From: a virus
Taxonomy: Duplodnaviria; Caudoviricetes
Reading direction: 5' to 3' (one strand)
DNA: 58,821 bases
Virus record (IMG/VR): IMGVR_UViG_3300022719_000175
Span: 1-58,821 of that record
The notes below the pieces were generated by a model, which saw only the letters and a list, made by a program, of their open reading frames with translations, was not told the origin of the DNA and did no database searches. Of this stretch, positions 8,975 through 18,537 are shown piece by piece (position 1 is the stretch's first letter; each line of letters starts with the position of its first letter). The translations under genes were made by a program, and so were the position numbers.

Positions 8975-10456
8975 ATGTCACGACAAAAGCCTGAAGACAA
9001 TCCGGCGACGACGTCGGCTGCCCACAACGCGATGGCCGGGAGGCTGCAGCGATCCCGATGGCTGCTTGGCGGGACCGACGCCATGCGCGCCGCGGGCCAA
9101 GACGTGCTGCCGTTCCACCAGGAGGAGACGCAACCGGGCTGGAACGAGCGGCTGACGCAGAACATCCTCTTCAACCAATACGAGCTCACGCTGAACCAGC
9201 TCGCGGGCAAGCCGTTCAGCGAGCCAATCGCTCTGGGCGACGACATCCCGGAGGCCCTCGCCGAGCACTTCGAGGACATCGACCTCCAGGGCAACACGCT
9301 CGATGCGTTCTGCTATCAGTGGTTCCGCGACGCTCTGCGGGCCTCGGTGGGCTGCGTCCTGGTGGATTTCCCGCGAGTGGCTCGCGAGGACGAAGAGGGC
9401 AACCCTATCGAGCGGACCCTCGCCGACGATCGCGCCGAGAACCTGCGGCCCTACTGGACGCACGTGCCGCTTGAGAACATCATCTTTGCTTCCACCGAAC
9501 GGATCGGCGGCGTCGAGACGCTGATACACCTCAGGCTCATGGAGGAGATCACTGAGCAGGTGGGCTTCTCCGAGCAGACGATCGAGCAAATCCGGGTCCT
9601 CGAGCCCGGCCTCGTCACGCTCTACCGCAAGCAGGATCCCAAGAAGCAGAATAGCCCTTGGGTCGAATACAACGCCTACACGACCGACCTGCCGTACATC
9701 CCATTGATCACCTTCTACACGGACCGCGAAGCCCCGTTCCAAGGGAAGCCGCTGCTCGACGACCTGGCCCACATGAACATCCGGCACTGGCAGAGCATGT
9801 CGGATCAGATTCGCGCGCTGACTGTCAGCCGCTTTGCGATGCTCGTGGGCAAGGGCATGTACGAGAATGAGACCTCCGACGTCGTCGTCGGTCCCGAGCA
9901 GGCCATGTGGGTCCCGGCAGACGGGGACTTGTACTGGCTCGAGGCCAAAGGCACGGCGCTCGACCAAGGCTGGAAGGAGCTCGAGGGGCTCGAGGAGCGT
10001 ATGGGAGCGTACGGCGCCCAACTGCTCAAGAAGCAGCCGGGCAACCAGACGGCAACCGCTCGAGCGCTCGACTCGGCCGAGGCCATGTCTCCCATCCAGG
10101 CTGCGGCGCTGGCCTTCCAGTCCGCCGTGGAGGAGGCGCTGGCTGTCCACGCCGACTGGATGCGGCTCGACGGCAGTGGCTCGGTGAAGATCAACACGGA
10201 CTTCCACAGCCTCGACGAGTCCAACCAGTCCGTGCTCAAGACGCTCGACACGGCGGCCGACATGGACCGCATCTCGCGCCGCGCCTGGGTTGCCGAAATG
10301 AAGCGGCGGAACGTCCTCGTGGAAGATTACGACCTGGACGAGGACAAGCTGGAAATCGAGGCGGCGATCGAGGAACGCATGGCGCGTATGCCGCAGATCG
10401 ACCTCGACCCCGAAGGCGGCGAACCCGGCGACGAGCCGGAGGAAGAAGACGAATGA
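8975..10456 (+). CDS. Portal protein (DUF4055-like)
   Basis: 493 aa after TerL; LLGGTDAMRAAG, IDLQGN.L and PLLDDLAHMNIRHWQS motifs. Confidence 0.9.
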   Translation: MSRQKPEDNPATTSAAHNAMAGRLQRSRWLLGGTDAMRAAGQDVLPFHQEETQPGWNERLTQNILFNQYELTLNQLAGKPFSEPIALGDDIPEALAEHFEDIDLQGNTLDAFCYQWFRDALRASVGCVLVDFPRVAREDEEGNPIERTLADDRAENLRPYWTHVPLENIIFASTERIGGVETLIHLRLMEEITEQVGFSEQTIEQIRVLEPGLVTLYRKQDPKKQNSPWVEYNAYTTDLPYIPLITFYTDREAPFQGKPLLDDLAHMNIRHWQSMSDQIRALTVSRFAMLVGKGMYENETSDVVVGPEQAMWVPADGDLYWLEAKGTALDQGWKELEGLEERMGAYGAQLLKKQPGNQTATARALDSAEAMSPIQAAALAFQSAVEEALAVHADWMRLDGSGSVKINTDFHSLDESNQSVLKTLDTAADMDRISRRAWVAEMKRRNVLVEDYDLDEDKLEIEAAIEERMARMPQIDLDPEGGEPGDEPEEEDE

Positions 10457-10875
10457 ACATCTGCTTTTCCTGCCGACTGGCGCTCGAGGATGGAGTGCTC
10501 CACATGAACGTCAACTCGGACGTCGTCTGCGCGCGCTGCTACATGAAATACCTCGAGGCCCGAGGGGAGAGCAGGCTCACGTTCGAGCACTGGCGGGCGA
10601 ACGAGGGCGAGCGCTATGGCTTCGACCCGTACCTCGAGCGGGACGCGCAAATTCAAATGCAAGCCGGATCCAACGCGGCGCTGCTGCCGGTTGACCGGGA
10701 CACCCTCGACGCGCTTGAAGACGTCCGCGATGCGCTGCCTGAGCTCACCAACGACGAGATCCTGGTCAACGCACTGGGACTCTTCAAGAAGAAGCTCGTG
10801 GAGATCGAGACCGACGCCATGCGAATGAGCAACCTCGCCCGCATGATCGCGGCAGCGATCCGGGGCGTAGAGTAG
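10453..10875 (+). CDS. Hypothetical protein with N-terminal CxxC..CxxC Zn ribbon
   Basis: ATGA overlap with the portal stop; CFSC...CARC. Confidence 0.6.
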   Translation: MNICFSCRLALEDGVLHMNVNSDVVCARCYMKYLEARGESRLTFEHWRANEGERYGFDPYLERDAQIQMQAGSNAALLPVDRDTLDALEDVRDALPELTNDEILVNALGLFKKKLVEIETDAMRMSNLARMIAAAIRGVE

Positions 10876-10876
10876 C

Positions 10877-11254
10877 GTGGATCGCCGGTACTGCGAGACG
10901 ATCGTCGCAGAGGCCATCGTGCACTGGCGCGAGGAGCTGCCGATCGAGCCGTGGCGGATCGAGGTGAAGGTCGAGACGTTGGACGACTCGTTCGCGACGA
11001 TTGACCTGCAAGCGGAGTACCGCAATGCCGTCTTGCGCGTGGATCACGAGCGCCACGACACCCGGCGGAAGGTCGAGCAGTCGGTTAGACACGAGATGAT
11101 GCACCTCCTGACGGCGGAGTTCCAGATGTTCTGGGATCTCATCGAGGAGGAGCTACCGGAGGCGAGCCGCAAGCTCGCGGAGCGCGCGTTCGATCAGGCT
11201 TGGGAGCTCGTGGTGCGACGACTGGAGCGCGTATGGCTCGACGACGAAAGCTGA
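10877..11254 (+). CDS. Small HExxH zincin-like protein
   Basis: VRHEMMHL motif with a downstream E. Confidence 0.55.
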   Translation: MDRRYCETIVAEAIVHWREELPIEPWRIEVKVETLDDSFATIDLQAEYRNAVLRVDHERHDTRRKVEQSVRHEMMHLLTAEFQMFWDLIEEELPEASRKLAERAFDQAWELVVRRLERVWLDDES

Positions 11255-11436
11255 CGTGGCTGGAGGCGGCCCTGGTCGTGCCTGAGGAGAGTGAAGCGGT
11301 ATGGGCGAAGCTCACGACAGGCAAGGAGCTGAAGCTCATCTACCGGGACGGTTGCTGGATCGACCCGCGGTACTCGTCCATGGTCGTGGAGTTTCTGAGC
11401 GTGGAGTTCTGGAGGCCCGATGCCGACGGCGAATGA
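11233..11436 (+). CDS. Hypothetical protein
   Basis: GGAG RBS; fills the gap before the MuF-like gene. Confidence 0.45.
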   Translation: MARRRKLTWLEAALVVPEESEAVWAKLTTGKELKLIYRDGCWIDPRYSSMVVEFLSVEFWRPDADGE

Positions 11437-12520
11437 GCGCTACTTCGATTCGCAGCTCCGTCACGCTGTTGGCGTCCGGCGGTTCACCGCTGGGCAGGTG
11501 AAGGCGATCCTGGCCCAGCTCGAGGATATGGACGCAGAAACGGTCCGCCGCATCCGACGGCGGATCGCTCGAGCGGTTCGGAACCGGCGCGGCTACGAGT
11601 CCGCGGTTCTGGCGGAGCTGCTGGACAACGTCCACGCGCTCCGGAACACGAAGCTCCGGGGCGCGTTCAACGACCTGCGCGGCGAGATGCGGGATTTCGC
11701 GAAGGCTGAGATCGATTTCGAGGGGAGGCTGGTCAGTGCGGCTGTTCCGATCGAAGTCAGCCTCGCCAGCGTGGATCCGCGCAAAGTCGCGGCAGTCGTT
11801 ACCTCGCGCCCGTTTCAGGGCGCCCTCCTCCGTGAGTGGGTCAACGGCCTGGTGCGACAGGATGCGGATCGTCTCGAGCGGACCATCAAGCGCGGGATCA
11901 TCGAAGGGCTCGGCACCGATGACATCGTTCGCTCAGTCGTGGGCACGCGCCGTATGGACTATGCTGACGGGATCCTGGCGACGACTCGCCGGAACGCTGA
12001 AGCGCTGGTTCGGACGACCGTGAACCACGTGTCCAACGGATCGCGTGAACTGTTCTACGAGGAGAACAAGGATTTCTTCGTCGCGCTGCGCTGGGAAGCC
12101 ACGCTGGACGGTCGCACGAGCGCGATCTGCCGCGGCCGCGACGGGGCAATGACCCCGGTGGGCGACTCCCAGCTCCCCGCTGGAGCTCGACAGCTCGACC
12201 CGCCCAGTGCTCGGCCGCCCGCGCACATCAACTGCCGCTCGACCATGGTCGGCGTGCTGGACGACGAGGCCGAGATCTTCGAGGGCCTCGACAGGCAGTC
12301 CGAGGTCGGCCCCGTGCCGCAGGACGTGACCTACAACGAGTGGCTGCGCCGCCAGCCAACCGCGTTCCAGGACGAAGTACTGGGGCGAACCAAGGCGAAG
12401 CTCTTCCGGGACGGCGGGCTCACGCTCGACAAGTTCACGGATCGGCGCGGCAACGAACTGACATTGGATGGGTTGCGAAGGACGCAACCCGAAGCGTTCG
12501 AGGAAGCCGGAATCTCGTAA
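11420..12520 (+). CDS. Head morphogenesis / minor capsid protein (SPP1 gp7 / MuF family)
   Basis: ATLDGRTSAICRGRDG and PPAHINCRST motifs. Confidence 0.92.
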   Translation: MPTANERYFDSQLRHAVGVRRFTAGQVKAILAQLEDMDAETVRRIRRRIARAVRNRRGYESAVLAELLDNVHALRNTKLRGAFNDLRGEMRDFAKAEIDFEGRLVSAAVPIEVSLASVDPRKVAAVVTSRPFQGALLREWVNGLVRQDADRLERTIKRGIIEGLGTDDIVRSVVGTRRMDYADGILATTRRNAEALVRTTVNHVSNGSRELFYEENKDFFVALRWEATLDGRTSAICRGRDGAMTPVGDSQLPAGARQLDPPSARPPAHINCRSTMVGVLDDEAEIFEGLDRQSEVGPVPQDVTYNEWLRRQPTAFQDEVLGRTKAKLFRDGGLTLDKFTDRRGNELTLDGLRRTQPEAFEEAGIS

Positions 12521-12530
12521 AGGAGAAAAC

Positions 12531-12761
12531 ATGGCGATGCTCAACGACCTTGCGGCTGCGGCCGCTACCGTCCTCGCGGAGACCGAGGACCCGGGCGCGG
12601 ACCAAGTCCGCATCGAACTGACGGAGGACACCAACGCGGTTCCCTCCATCAAGATCACCATCTTCGGCGCGGGGACCCCGCTGAAGGTGCTGGAGCCGCC
12701 CGCCGGGACCACGGACCTGGACGGCTGGATTGACGGAGTCATCGACGGTCTCACGGCCTAG
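12531..12761 (+). CDS. Small acidic hypothetical protein
   Basis: Strong RBS AAGGAG before ATG. Confidence 0.55.
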   Translation: MAMLNDLAAAAATVLAETEDPGADQVRIELTEDTNAVPSIKITIFGAGTPLKVLEPPAGTTDLDGWIDGVIDGLTA

Positions 12762-12836
12762 CGGCGCAACGAGGGGAGGGGCACGTCGCTCCTCCCCGCA
12801 CACTAACGGGCGAGAAGCCCAGGAAAGGACTTCGAG

Positions 12837-13652
12837 ATGAAGTTCGGATTCGATCAACACGTCCCGGCGGACCGCGCCGAGGAGATCCCGGCGGAGTTCC
12901 GTCCGCTCTACACCGAGACCGAGGACGGTTTCACGCTCGACGAGAGCTACGGCGGAGTCCGCGAGGCCATCCTCGGCCTCAACAAGGCGCTCGGCGCCGC
13001 GCGGAACGAGGCGAAGACCTACAAGGGCAAGCAAGTCGACTTGTCCGTGCTCAACGATTTCGGTGAGACCCCCGAGGGGATCCGCGACGCGTTCGAAGAA
13101 AAGCTCAAGGCGGCGCAGACCGCCGCTGCTCAAGCGGGCGACGAAGACGCACAGCGCCGGCTCGAGAAGGTCCGCGCTGAGCTCAATGAGCAGAACCAGA
13201 AGGTGCTCGAGGAGAAAGACAGCGTCATCAGCCAGTACCGCTCGCAACTCGAGTCGGTCCTAGGCGAGGGCGCTGCTCGCGCTGCGCTGACCGGCAAGGC
13301 TGTGGATCCGGACCTCGCGCTTCCGTTCGTGCTCAAGCACCTGCGGACGGTCGAGGACAGCGACGGGAACCTGCAGGTTGTGGTGGTGGACAGCGACGGC
13401 GACGTCCGCGAGAACCCGACCACGGCGCAACCCGTGTCGATCAACGACCTGGTCGAGGAGCTGCGGGCCGATGAGAAGTACGGCCGCCTCTTCGCTTCCG
13501 AGACGCCGTCTGGCGGCGACGCCCGCCCCAACCCCCGGCCCACTTCGGCCCCGCGGCGCCCGGCTCGAGACATGAAGCCGGTCGAGAAGATCGCCGCGGG
13601 GCTCCGCAAGGGGCAGGCCCGGAACGCTCGTGGCATGGGCAAGATCAACTGA
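12837..13652 (+). CDS. Capsid scaffolding protein
   Basis: Coiled-coil rich; lies upstream of the MCP; C-terminal EKIAAGL. Confidence 0.8.
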   Translation: MKFGFDQHVPADRAEEIPAEFRPLYTETEDGFTLDESYGGVREAILGLNKALGAARNEAKTYKGKQVDLSVLNDFGETPEGIRDAFEEKLKAAQTAAAQAGDEDAQRRLEKVRAELNEQNQKVLEEKDSVISQYRSQLESVLGEGAARAALTGKAVDPDLALPFVLKHLRTVEDSDGNLQVVVVDSDGDVRENPTTAQPVSINDLVEELRADEKYGRLFASETPSGGDARPNPRPTSAPRRPARDMKPVEKIAAGLRKGQARNARGMGKIN

Positions 13653-13657
13653 CAAAA

Positions 13658-13692
13658 AGGTGTGCACTCGTGCACACCTGTGGTACAATTGG
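13658..13692 (+). promoter_or_regulatory. Palindromic operator plus extended -10 promoter for the major capsid gene
   Basis: AGGTGTGCAC-TC-GTGCACACCT palindrome followed by GTGGTACAAT. Confidence 0.65.
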
Positions 13693-13834
13693 CCCATGTC
13701 AAGGTGATCTTGGCCAGCTCAAGGGGTTGAGCAAATCGTAAACCCCGGCCCGAGTGATTCGGATCCGGAGGGGAGTCACACCACACAGGTAGCGGGATCC
13801 CTGTAGGATCTCCACGGGAAAGGAATCACTCAAA

Positions 13835-14812
13835 ATGGCGAGTGTTACTCTGGCTGAGAGCGCGAAGCTCGCTCTCAACGAGCTCACTGCAGGCGTCATC
13901 GAGGACGTCATCACGGTGAGCCCCATGTTCGAATTCCTGCCGTTCGATGCCTTCACGGGCAACGCGCTGCAGTACACCCGCGAGAACGCCCTCGGCGGCG
14001 TGGGTGCCATGAACGTCGGCGACGTCATCGGCTCGGCCGATGAGAACGCCCTGACCGCGGGCACGGGCGAAGCCCGCGACGCCGCAACCTTCGCCAGCGT
14101 CTCGGTCGGCCTCACGACCCTCGTCGGCCAGGCCGACGTGAACGGCCTCATCCAGGCCACGCGCTCCGGTGACGGCAACGACCAGGCCGCGATCCAAATC
14201 GCTTCCAAGGCCAAGCACCTCGGTCGTCTGTACCAGCACCTCCTCATCGAGGGCGATAGCAGCAACACCGAGGAGTTCGACGGCCTGAAGAACCTCTGCG
14301 CCGCCGGCCAGACGGTCGACTCGGGCACCGATGGCGGCGCGCTGTCGTTCTCGTTCCTCGACCAGTTGCTTGACCTCGTCACCGACAAGGACGGCCAGGT
14401 CGACTACATCCTCATGCCGGCTCGTACGCTCCGCTCTTACAAGGCGCTCCTTCGCGCCCTCGGCGGGACCTCCCCGGGCGACACCTCGATCACCGTGGTC
14501 GGGGCGGACGGCGAGGACCGCACGATCCTCGCGTACGACGGCGTGCCGATCTTCCGGAACGACTACATCCCGACCGATGTGACGAAGGGCGCGACCGCGA
14601 ACACGACCACGGTCTACGCGGGCACCTTCGACGACGGCTCGCGGAGCCACGGGATCGCCGGGCTCACCTCGGACGTCGACTCCGGCATGTCGGTCGTGGA
14701 CGTCGGGGAGAGCGAGACCAAGGACGAGCACATCTGGCGCGTCAAGTGGTACACCTCGCTTGCGCTCTTCTCTGAGAAGGGCCTCGCGTGTGTCGACGGG
14801 ATCTCCGACTAG
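13835..14812 (+). CDS. Major capsid protein (HK97 fold)
   Basis: MASVTLAESAKL, LPFD...GNAL.Y.RE, FDGL, RVKWY.SLALFSEKGLA; typical of YuA-like MCPs; position after the scaffold gene. Confidence 0.92.
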   Translation: MASVTLAESAKLALNELTAGVIEDVITVSPMFEFLPFDAFTGNALQYTRENALGGVGAMNVGDVIGSADENALTAGTGEARDAATFASVSVGLTTLVGQADVNGLIQATRSGDGNDQAAIQIASKAKHLGRLYQHLLIEGDSSNTEEFDGLKNLCAAGQTVDSGTDGGALSFSFLDQLLDLVTDKDGQVDYILMPARTLRSYKALLRALGGTSPGDTSITVVGADGEDRTILAYDGVPIFRNDYIPTDVTKGATANTTTVYAGTFDDGSRSHGIAGLTSDVDSGMSVVDVGESETKDEHIWRVKWYTSLALFSEKGLACVDGISD

Positions 14813-14872
14813 TAGCAGATGGCGGGGCCGGGAGCTGACGCTCCTGGTCCCATCACCTAGAAAGGGATTCCA

Positions 14873-15433
14873 ATGGCACTTTTTCTTCTCACTCTCCCGG
14901 CTGAGATCGGGACTGCCTACGACAAGAAGGCCGTGGTCGTCGAGGCTGACGACGCCGCAACCGCGAAAGCGATGGCGGAGTCTCTCCACGACGGCCCCTG
15001 GCTTGGCTCGTCCGCGACGACCATCGCGGCGCAGTCCGACGACCTCGCCGGATGGACCTGTCGAGTCCGAATCGGACCCGATCCCACCGATAGCGATGCC
15101 TTCGAAGACATCGTCGACGTGTCGGTCGTGGCGGTTGCCACGGATGACATCGATGACGTCGGCGGCGACCTCGTCACGGCTCTCAACGCAACGGCCGAAG
15201 TCGCGAACGCATCGTACTCGACTCCTACGCTCACCATCGCGGCGGGCAGCGGCGGCGACGACCTCGGCGATCACTCCGTCCGGGTCGAGATGACTCCTCC
15301 GGGTGGCAGCAAGCCGGTCGCCGAAATGATCGGCACCATCACCGACGGCGGCGACGCTACGGACGATCTGACCGTCGTGCTGGACGCCCAGACGGCGGTC
15401 CCGAACATTCAGGCGACCGTCGACAAGCTCTAA
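14873..15433 (+). CDS. Virion structural protein (head decoration-like)
   Basis: Directly after the MCP; Ala/Thr/Asp-rich beta composition. Confidence 0.65.
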   Translation: MALFLLTLPAEIGTAYDKKAVVVEADDAATAKAMAESLHDGPWLGSSATTIAAQSDDLAGWTCRVRIGPDPTDSDAFEDIVDVSVVAVATDDIDDVGGDLVTALNATAEVANASYSTPTLTIAAGSGGDDLGDHSVRVEMTPPGGSKPVAEMIGTITDGGDATDDLTVVLDAQTAVPNIQATVDKL

Positions 15434-15444
15434 GCCTATCGAGC

Positions 15445-15482
15445 GCCCGGCCCGGCTGGCTTTTGTCGGCCGGGCCCTTTTC
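15445..15482 (+). terminator. Rho-independent terminator
   Basis: GC-rich hairpin GCCCGGCC...GGCCGGGC followed by TTTT. Confidence 0.65.
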
Positions 15483-15500
15483 AACACACAAGGAGGCGAA

Positions 15501-15914
15501 ATGCCGAGAATGGAGCGCACGCGGGTCCTCGTGAAGGGGCCTCGCGCGCAGCACACGAAGCTGGAAGCCTGGCCCCGCGTCGAGCTCGAGAACGGCACCG
15601 CTGTCTTCGAGAAAGTCGCGCCACGCGGCGAGACGAACGGGGACGTCCGGTTCTTCGAGCGACTGCTTGGCGACCATCTCGTGCGGATCGAACAGGAGGA
15701 GGTCTGCGATGGCCGGCGCGAAGATCACGCGGCCGAAGAGGTCGCAGCCGGGGAAGGTGACATTCCGGAGGACCGGGATCCTTCCGAGGAAGAAGCCGCT
15801 GAAGGCGGCGCAGGTGACGAAGCTCCGGAAAGGCGTGCGGGGTCGGTTCCCGAGGGGGACGGCGACGACGGCGCCGAGACTCCGGTAAGTGAGGAAGACG
15901 ACGATGGCGAGTAA
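15501..15914 (+). CDS. Hypothetical protein with acidic C-terminus (overlaps a basic ORF)
   Basis: RBS AAGGAGG before ATG. Confidence 0.55.
   Translation: MPRMERTRVLVKGPRAQHTKLEAWPRVELENGTAVFEKVAPRGETNGDVRFFERLLGDHLVRIEQEEVCDGRREDHAAEEVAAGEGDIPEDRDPSEEEAAEGGAGDEAPERRAGSVPEGDGDDGAETPVSEEDDDGE
15709..15888 (+). CDS. Small Arg/Lys-rich protein
   Basis: RBS AGGAGGAGG 7 nt before ATG; 59 aa with no acidic residues. Confidence 0.55.
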   Translation: MAGAKITRPKRSQPGKVTFRRTGILPRKKPLKAAQVTKLRKGVRGRFPRGTATTAPRLR

Positions 15915-16083
15915 CATGGGACACGTGCGCAAGCACGGCAAGGCCGTTATGGCCAAGGCGGGCCGGAAGCGCCGCGGCGCTGGCACGTCTAACACCGGCA
16001 GCGGCCGCCGCAAGGCGGGACCGAAGGCCGAGATCAAGATGAAGGCCGCGCCCATCAAGGGCATGGACCACGGGACCGGGTAG
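15904..16083 (+). CDS. Small Arg/Lys-rich protein
   Basis: MASNMGHVRKHGKAVMAKAGRKRRG...; GAGG RBS. Confidence 0.55.
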   Translation: MASNMGHVRKHGKAVMAKAGRKRRGAGTSNTGSGRRKAGPKAEIKMKAAPIKGMDHGTG

Positions 16084-16086
16084 GGC

Positions 16087-16791
16087 ATGGCCAAGCGAGG
16101 ACGCCCGATCGGGGGAATCCAGAAGCAGGCGGCGCGCCTTGCAGGGCGGACCTCCGGCCGGGTTCCTCCGCTTACACTCAACGACCAACTCATCTCGCGG
16201 AAGGGCATCGTCGACGTTCCGACGTCGTCGGCGCCCAGCGTCACGGACGGCCTGAGCGTAACCAGCACGCAAGCGGCGAACGACGCAGTGTTCAACTGGC
16301 CCGCGGCGGATCCCGCGTACGAAGACGCTGACCGCCAGAAACCGATTACTATCGAGGTGCTGATCACCGTCTCCGACTGGGAGAACGCGACCGGCCACCT
16401 GTGGGGCGTCGGAAACAACGTCGGCGTCGGCATCAGCTATGACCCGGACGGGTACTGGCACGTCAATGGCTTTTCTTCGGCACCCACCACCCTGAACGGC
16501 GGGGGCCTGTCGGGCAACGCGAGTTTTTCGGAGAACGGCGACTATGTGGCGGTGCTCGCGATCAACCCGGGCGACGAAGGCGAGGATGGGTGGTCGTTCT
16601 GGGTGAACGACGTTCTGGAGGCTACCGGAGACCCGCAATTCTCCGGCTCCTGGATAGGATTGTTCGAGACCCTTCGCGTGGCCCGGATTACAACGTCGAA
16701 CTGCATCCCCGCGGACTCGCGGGCAGCGCCCAGCGGGATGACCGTTACGGGTGTGAACATCTACATGGGACAACTTCCCGCGTCGTTCTAA
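16087..16791 (+). CDS. Putative virion protein with basic N-terminus and LamG-like beta domain
   Basis: 234 aa in the head-tail region; beta-rich C-terminal part. Confidence 0.55.
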   Translation: MAKRGRPIGGIQKQAARLAGRTSGRVPPLTLNDQLISRKGIVDVPTSSAPSVTDGLSVTSTQAANDAVFNWPAADPAYEDADRQKPITIEVLITVSDWENATGHLWGVGNNVGVGISYDPDGYWHVNGFSSAPTTLNGGGLSGNASFSENGDYVAVLAINPGDEGEDGWSFWVNDVLEATGDPQFSGSWIGLFETLRVARITTSNCIPADSRAAPSGMTVTGVNIYMGQLPASF

Positions 16792-16800
16792 GGGGGATGC

Positions 16801-17181
16801 ATGGCGGAGGACAGATGCGGCCGCGAGGTGCGGAACTGGTGTTTCACGCGCGGTGACAACGTGGCCATCAAGGCGACCCTCACGGACAACGCCGACGACT
16901 CGGCGATCGACCTCACCGGATGCACGGTCGTCCTCACGGTCAACTCGGACATCTTCCCGGACGACGACACGAACGAGGTCTTCGTCCTCACGGGCGACAT
17001 TCAGTCCCCGCCGACCGACGGTATCGTGCATTTCCAACCGACCACGACCCAGGCGAACCAGACTCCGGGCGTTTACTTCTACGACATCCAAGTCACGTTC
17101 CTCGACGGCTCGCGCCTCACGGTCGCGACCGGCGAGTGGGAGTACGACGGGCAAGACATCTCGGACCCGGCGGAGAACTAA
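16801..17181 (+). CDS. Virion structural protein (BppU N-terminal-like Ig fold)
   Basis: RGD..., IDLTG.TV, G.Y.YDIQVT pattern. Confidence 0.6.
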   Translation: MAEDRCGREVRNWCFTRGDNVAIKATLTDNADDSAIDLTGCTVVLTVNSDIFPDDDTNEVFVLTGDIQSPPTDGIVHFQPTTTQANQTPGVYFYDIQVTFLDGSRLTVATGEWEYDGQDISDPAEN

Positions 17182-17182
17182 G

Positions 17183-17716
17183 ATGGCATTCACCGTACAA
17201 GCGGACACGGGCGGCACGGCGAACGCCAACGCCTACATCTCCGCGTCCTACTTTCGGGACTACCACCGCGACCGCGGGAACGAGATCACGACCATCGGCG
17301 GCGTGACGTACGCGACGACCGACTGGCAGAAGGCGATCGTACGTGCGACGGACTACATTGACTCGCGCTTCACGTTCGTCGGGCTGCGACGCTCAGAAGA
17401 ACAAACGACCGAATGGCCGCGGTACAACGCGTTCGATCGAGACAGCAACCTCGTGTCGGACATTCCGACGGTCATCAAGGAAGCCTGCGCGGAGTACGCA
17501 CTCATCGCGCTCACCACCTCAATCAACCCCACCCCGACGCGCGACGGCACGGGGCAAATTGTCGTCGCAAAGCGATCGAAGGCCGACGTCGTGGAGTCAG
17601 AAGTCCGCTACGCGGGTGGCGACTCCTTCCAACTCCCTCGCTACCCTGCGGCGGACATGAAGCTTATTCGTTCGGGCTTCGTCATCCAGGGCACGAGGAT
17701 TCGGAGGGGGGATTAG
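17183..17716 (+). CDS. Head-tail adaptor (DnaT-like family of siphophages)
   Basis: ANAYIS..YFRDYH.DRG, RATDYID..F.G, Q..EWPR and IKEACAEYAL motifs. Confidence 0.8.
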   Translation: MAFTVQADTGGTANANAYISASYFRDYHRDRGNEITTIGGVTYATTDWQKAIVRATDYIDSRFTFVGLRRSEEQTTEWPRYNAFDRDSNLVSDIPTVIKEACAEYALIALTTSINPTPTRDGTGQIVVAKRSKADVVESEVRYAGGDSFQLPRYPAADMKLIRSGFVIQGTRIRRGD

Positions 17717-18093
17717 TGCCTTCAGATTTCTCAGATCTTCGAGCTGAAGTCTCGACGATCATGGATGAGAACGGCGTGAGCGCGACGCTCCGTCGCCGTT
17801 CTGAAACAGTAGCGGACTCGGCAAAGCCTTGGCGATCAGGGACATCGACGAGCACCGACTACACCGCGACGATGGTCTTCGTCCCCGCAGGTGCCAACGA
17901 TTCGTACGTTGATGCCTCGGGGACGACGCACCAAGCCGAGATCAAGATCCTGATCGCGGGCAATGACCTCGCTGTCACGCCCAACCTGAAGGATGTGGTC
18001 GTCAACGGCTCTGACGTGTGGACCCTCGTCAACGCCAAGACGGTCGCGCCGAACAACGAAGTCATCGTTCACGTGCTGCTGGGAGTCAAGTGA
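17716..18093 (+). CDS. Head closure / head-tail joining protein
   Basis: Position and size; AKPWR motif; GTG start with RBS GGAGG. Confidence 0.7.
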   Translation: MPSDFSDLRAEVSTIMDENGVSATLRRRSETVADSAKPWRSGTSTSTDYTATMVFVPAGANDSYVDASGTTHQAEIKILIAGNDLAVTPNLKDVVVNGSDVWTLVNAKTVAPNNEVIVHVLLGVK

Positions 18094-18536
18094 TGCCGAT
18101 TGCGACCATCACAGAAGCTCGCGATGACATCCTCTCGGTCTTCAAGACTGCATGGGACGCGAACACGACCGCGATCGTGGGCTCGGTTCCCGAGGTTCGG
18201 TATCAGACGGTTGAGGAGACGGCACTCCCGCCCTCAACTGGGTATTGGGCATGGGTAGCCGTGGAGCACGTCGAAGGCGGCCACGCGGCGATCGGGACGC
18301 AGCTCTTCGAGCACGAGGGGATCTTCTCGGTCCAACTGTACTCACCGCTCACGACGCAGGGAATCGAAAATCTCGACGCGCTCGTAGAGGTTGTGCTGGC
18401 GGCGTTTGAAGGCAAGCAAAGTACCAATGGTGTGTGGTTCCGCAACGCGCGGGTCAATGAAGTCGGACCGTCGCGCGCCTGGTTCCAGACAAACATCCTG
18501 ATCGACTTCGTTTACACGATTGCAAGGAGCGGGTAG
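18093..18536 (+). CDS. Tail terminator protein (DUF4128-like)
   Basis: VQLYSP, AFEGK...GVWFRNARVNEVG, WFQTN..IDF.Y motifs. Confidence 0.8.
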   Translation: MPIATITEARDDILSVFKTAWDANTTAIVGSVPEVRYQTVEETALPPSTGYWAWVAVEHVEGGHAAIGTQLFEHEGIFSVQLYSPLTTQGIENLDALVEVVLAAFEGKQSTNGVWFRNARVNEVGPSRAWFQTNILIDFVYTIARSG

Positions 18537-18537
18537 C

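Noticed and set aside
13826-17229. Long minus-strand ORFs (590 aa and 582 aa; likewise 21525-23132 and 30747-32303)
   Set aside because: These are antisense shadows of high-GC + strand genes, with no motifs or RBS.
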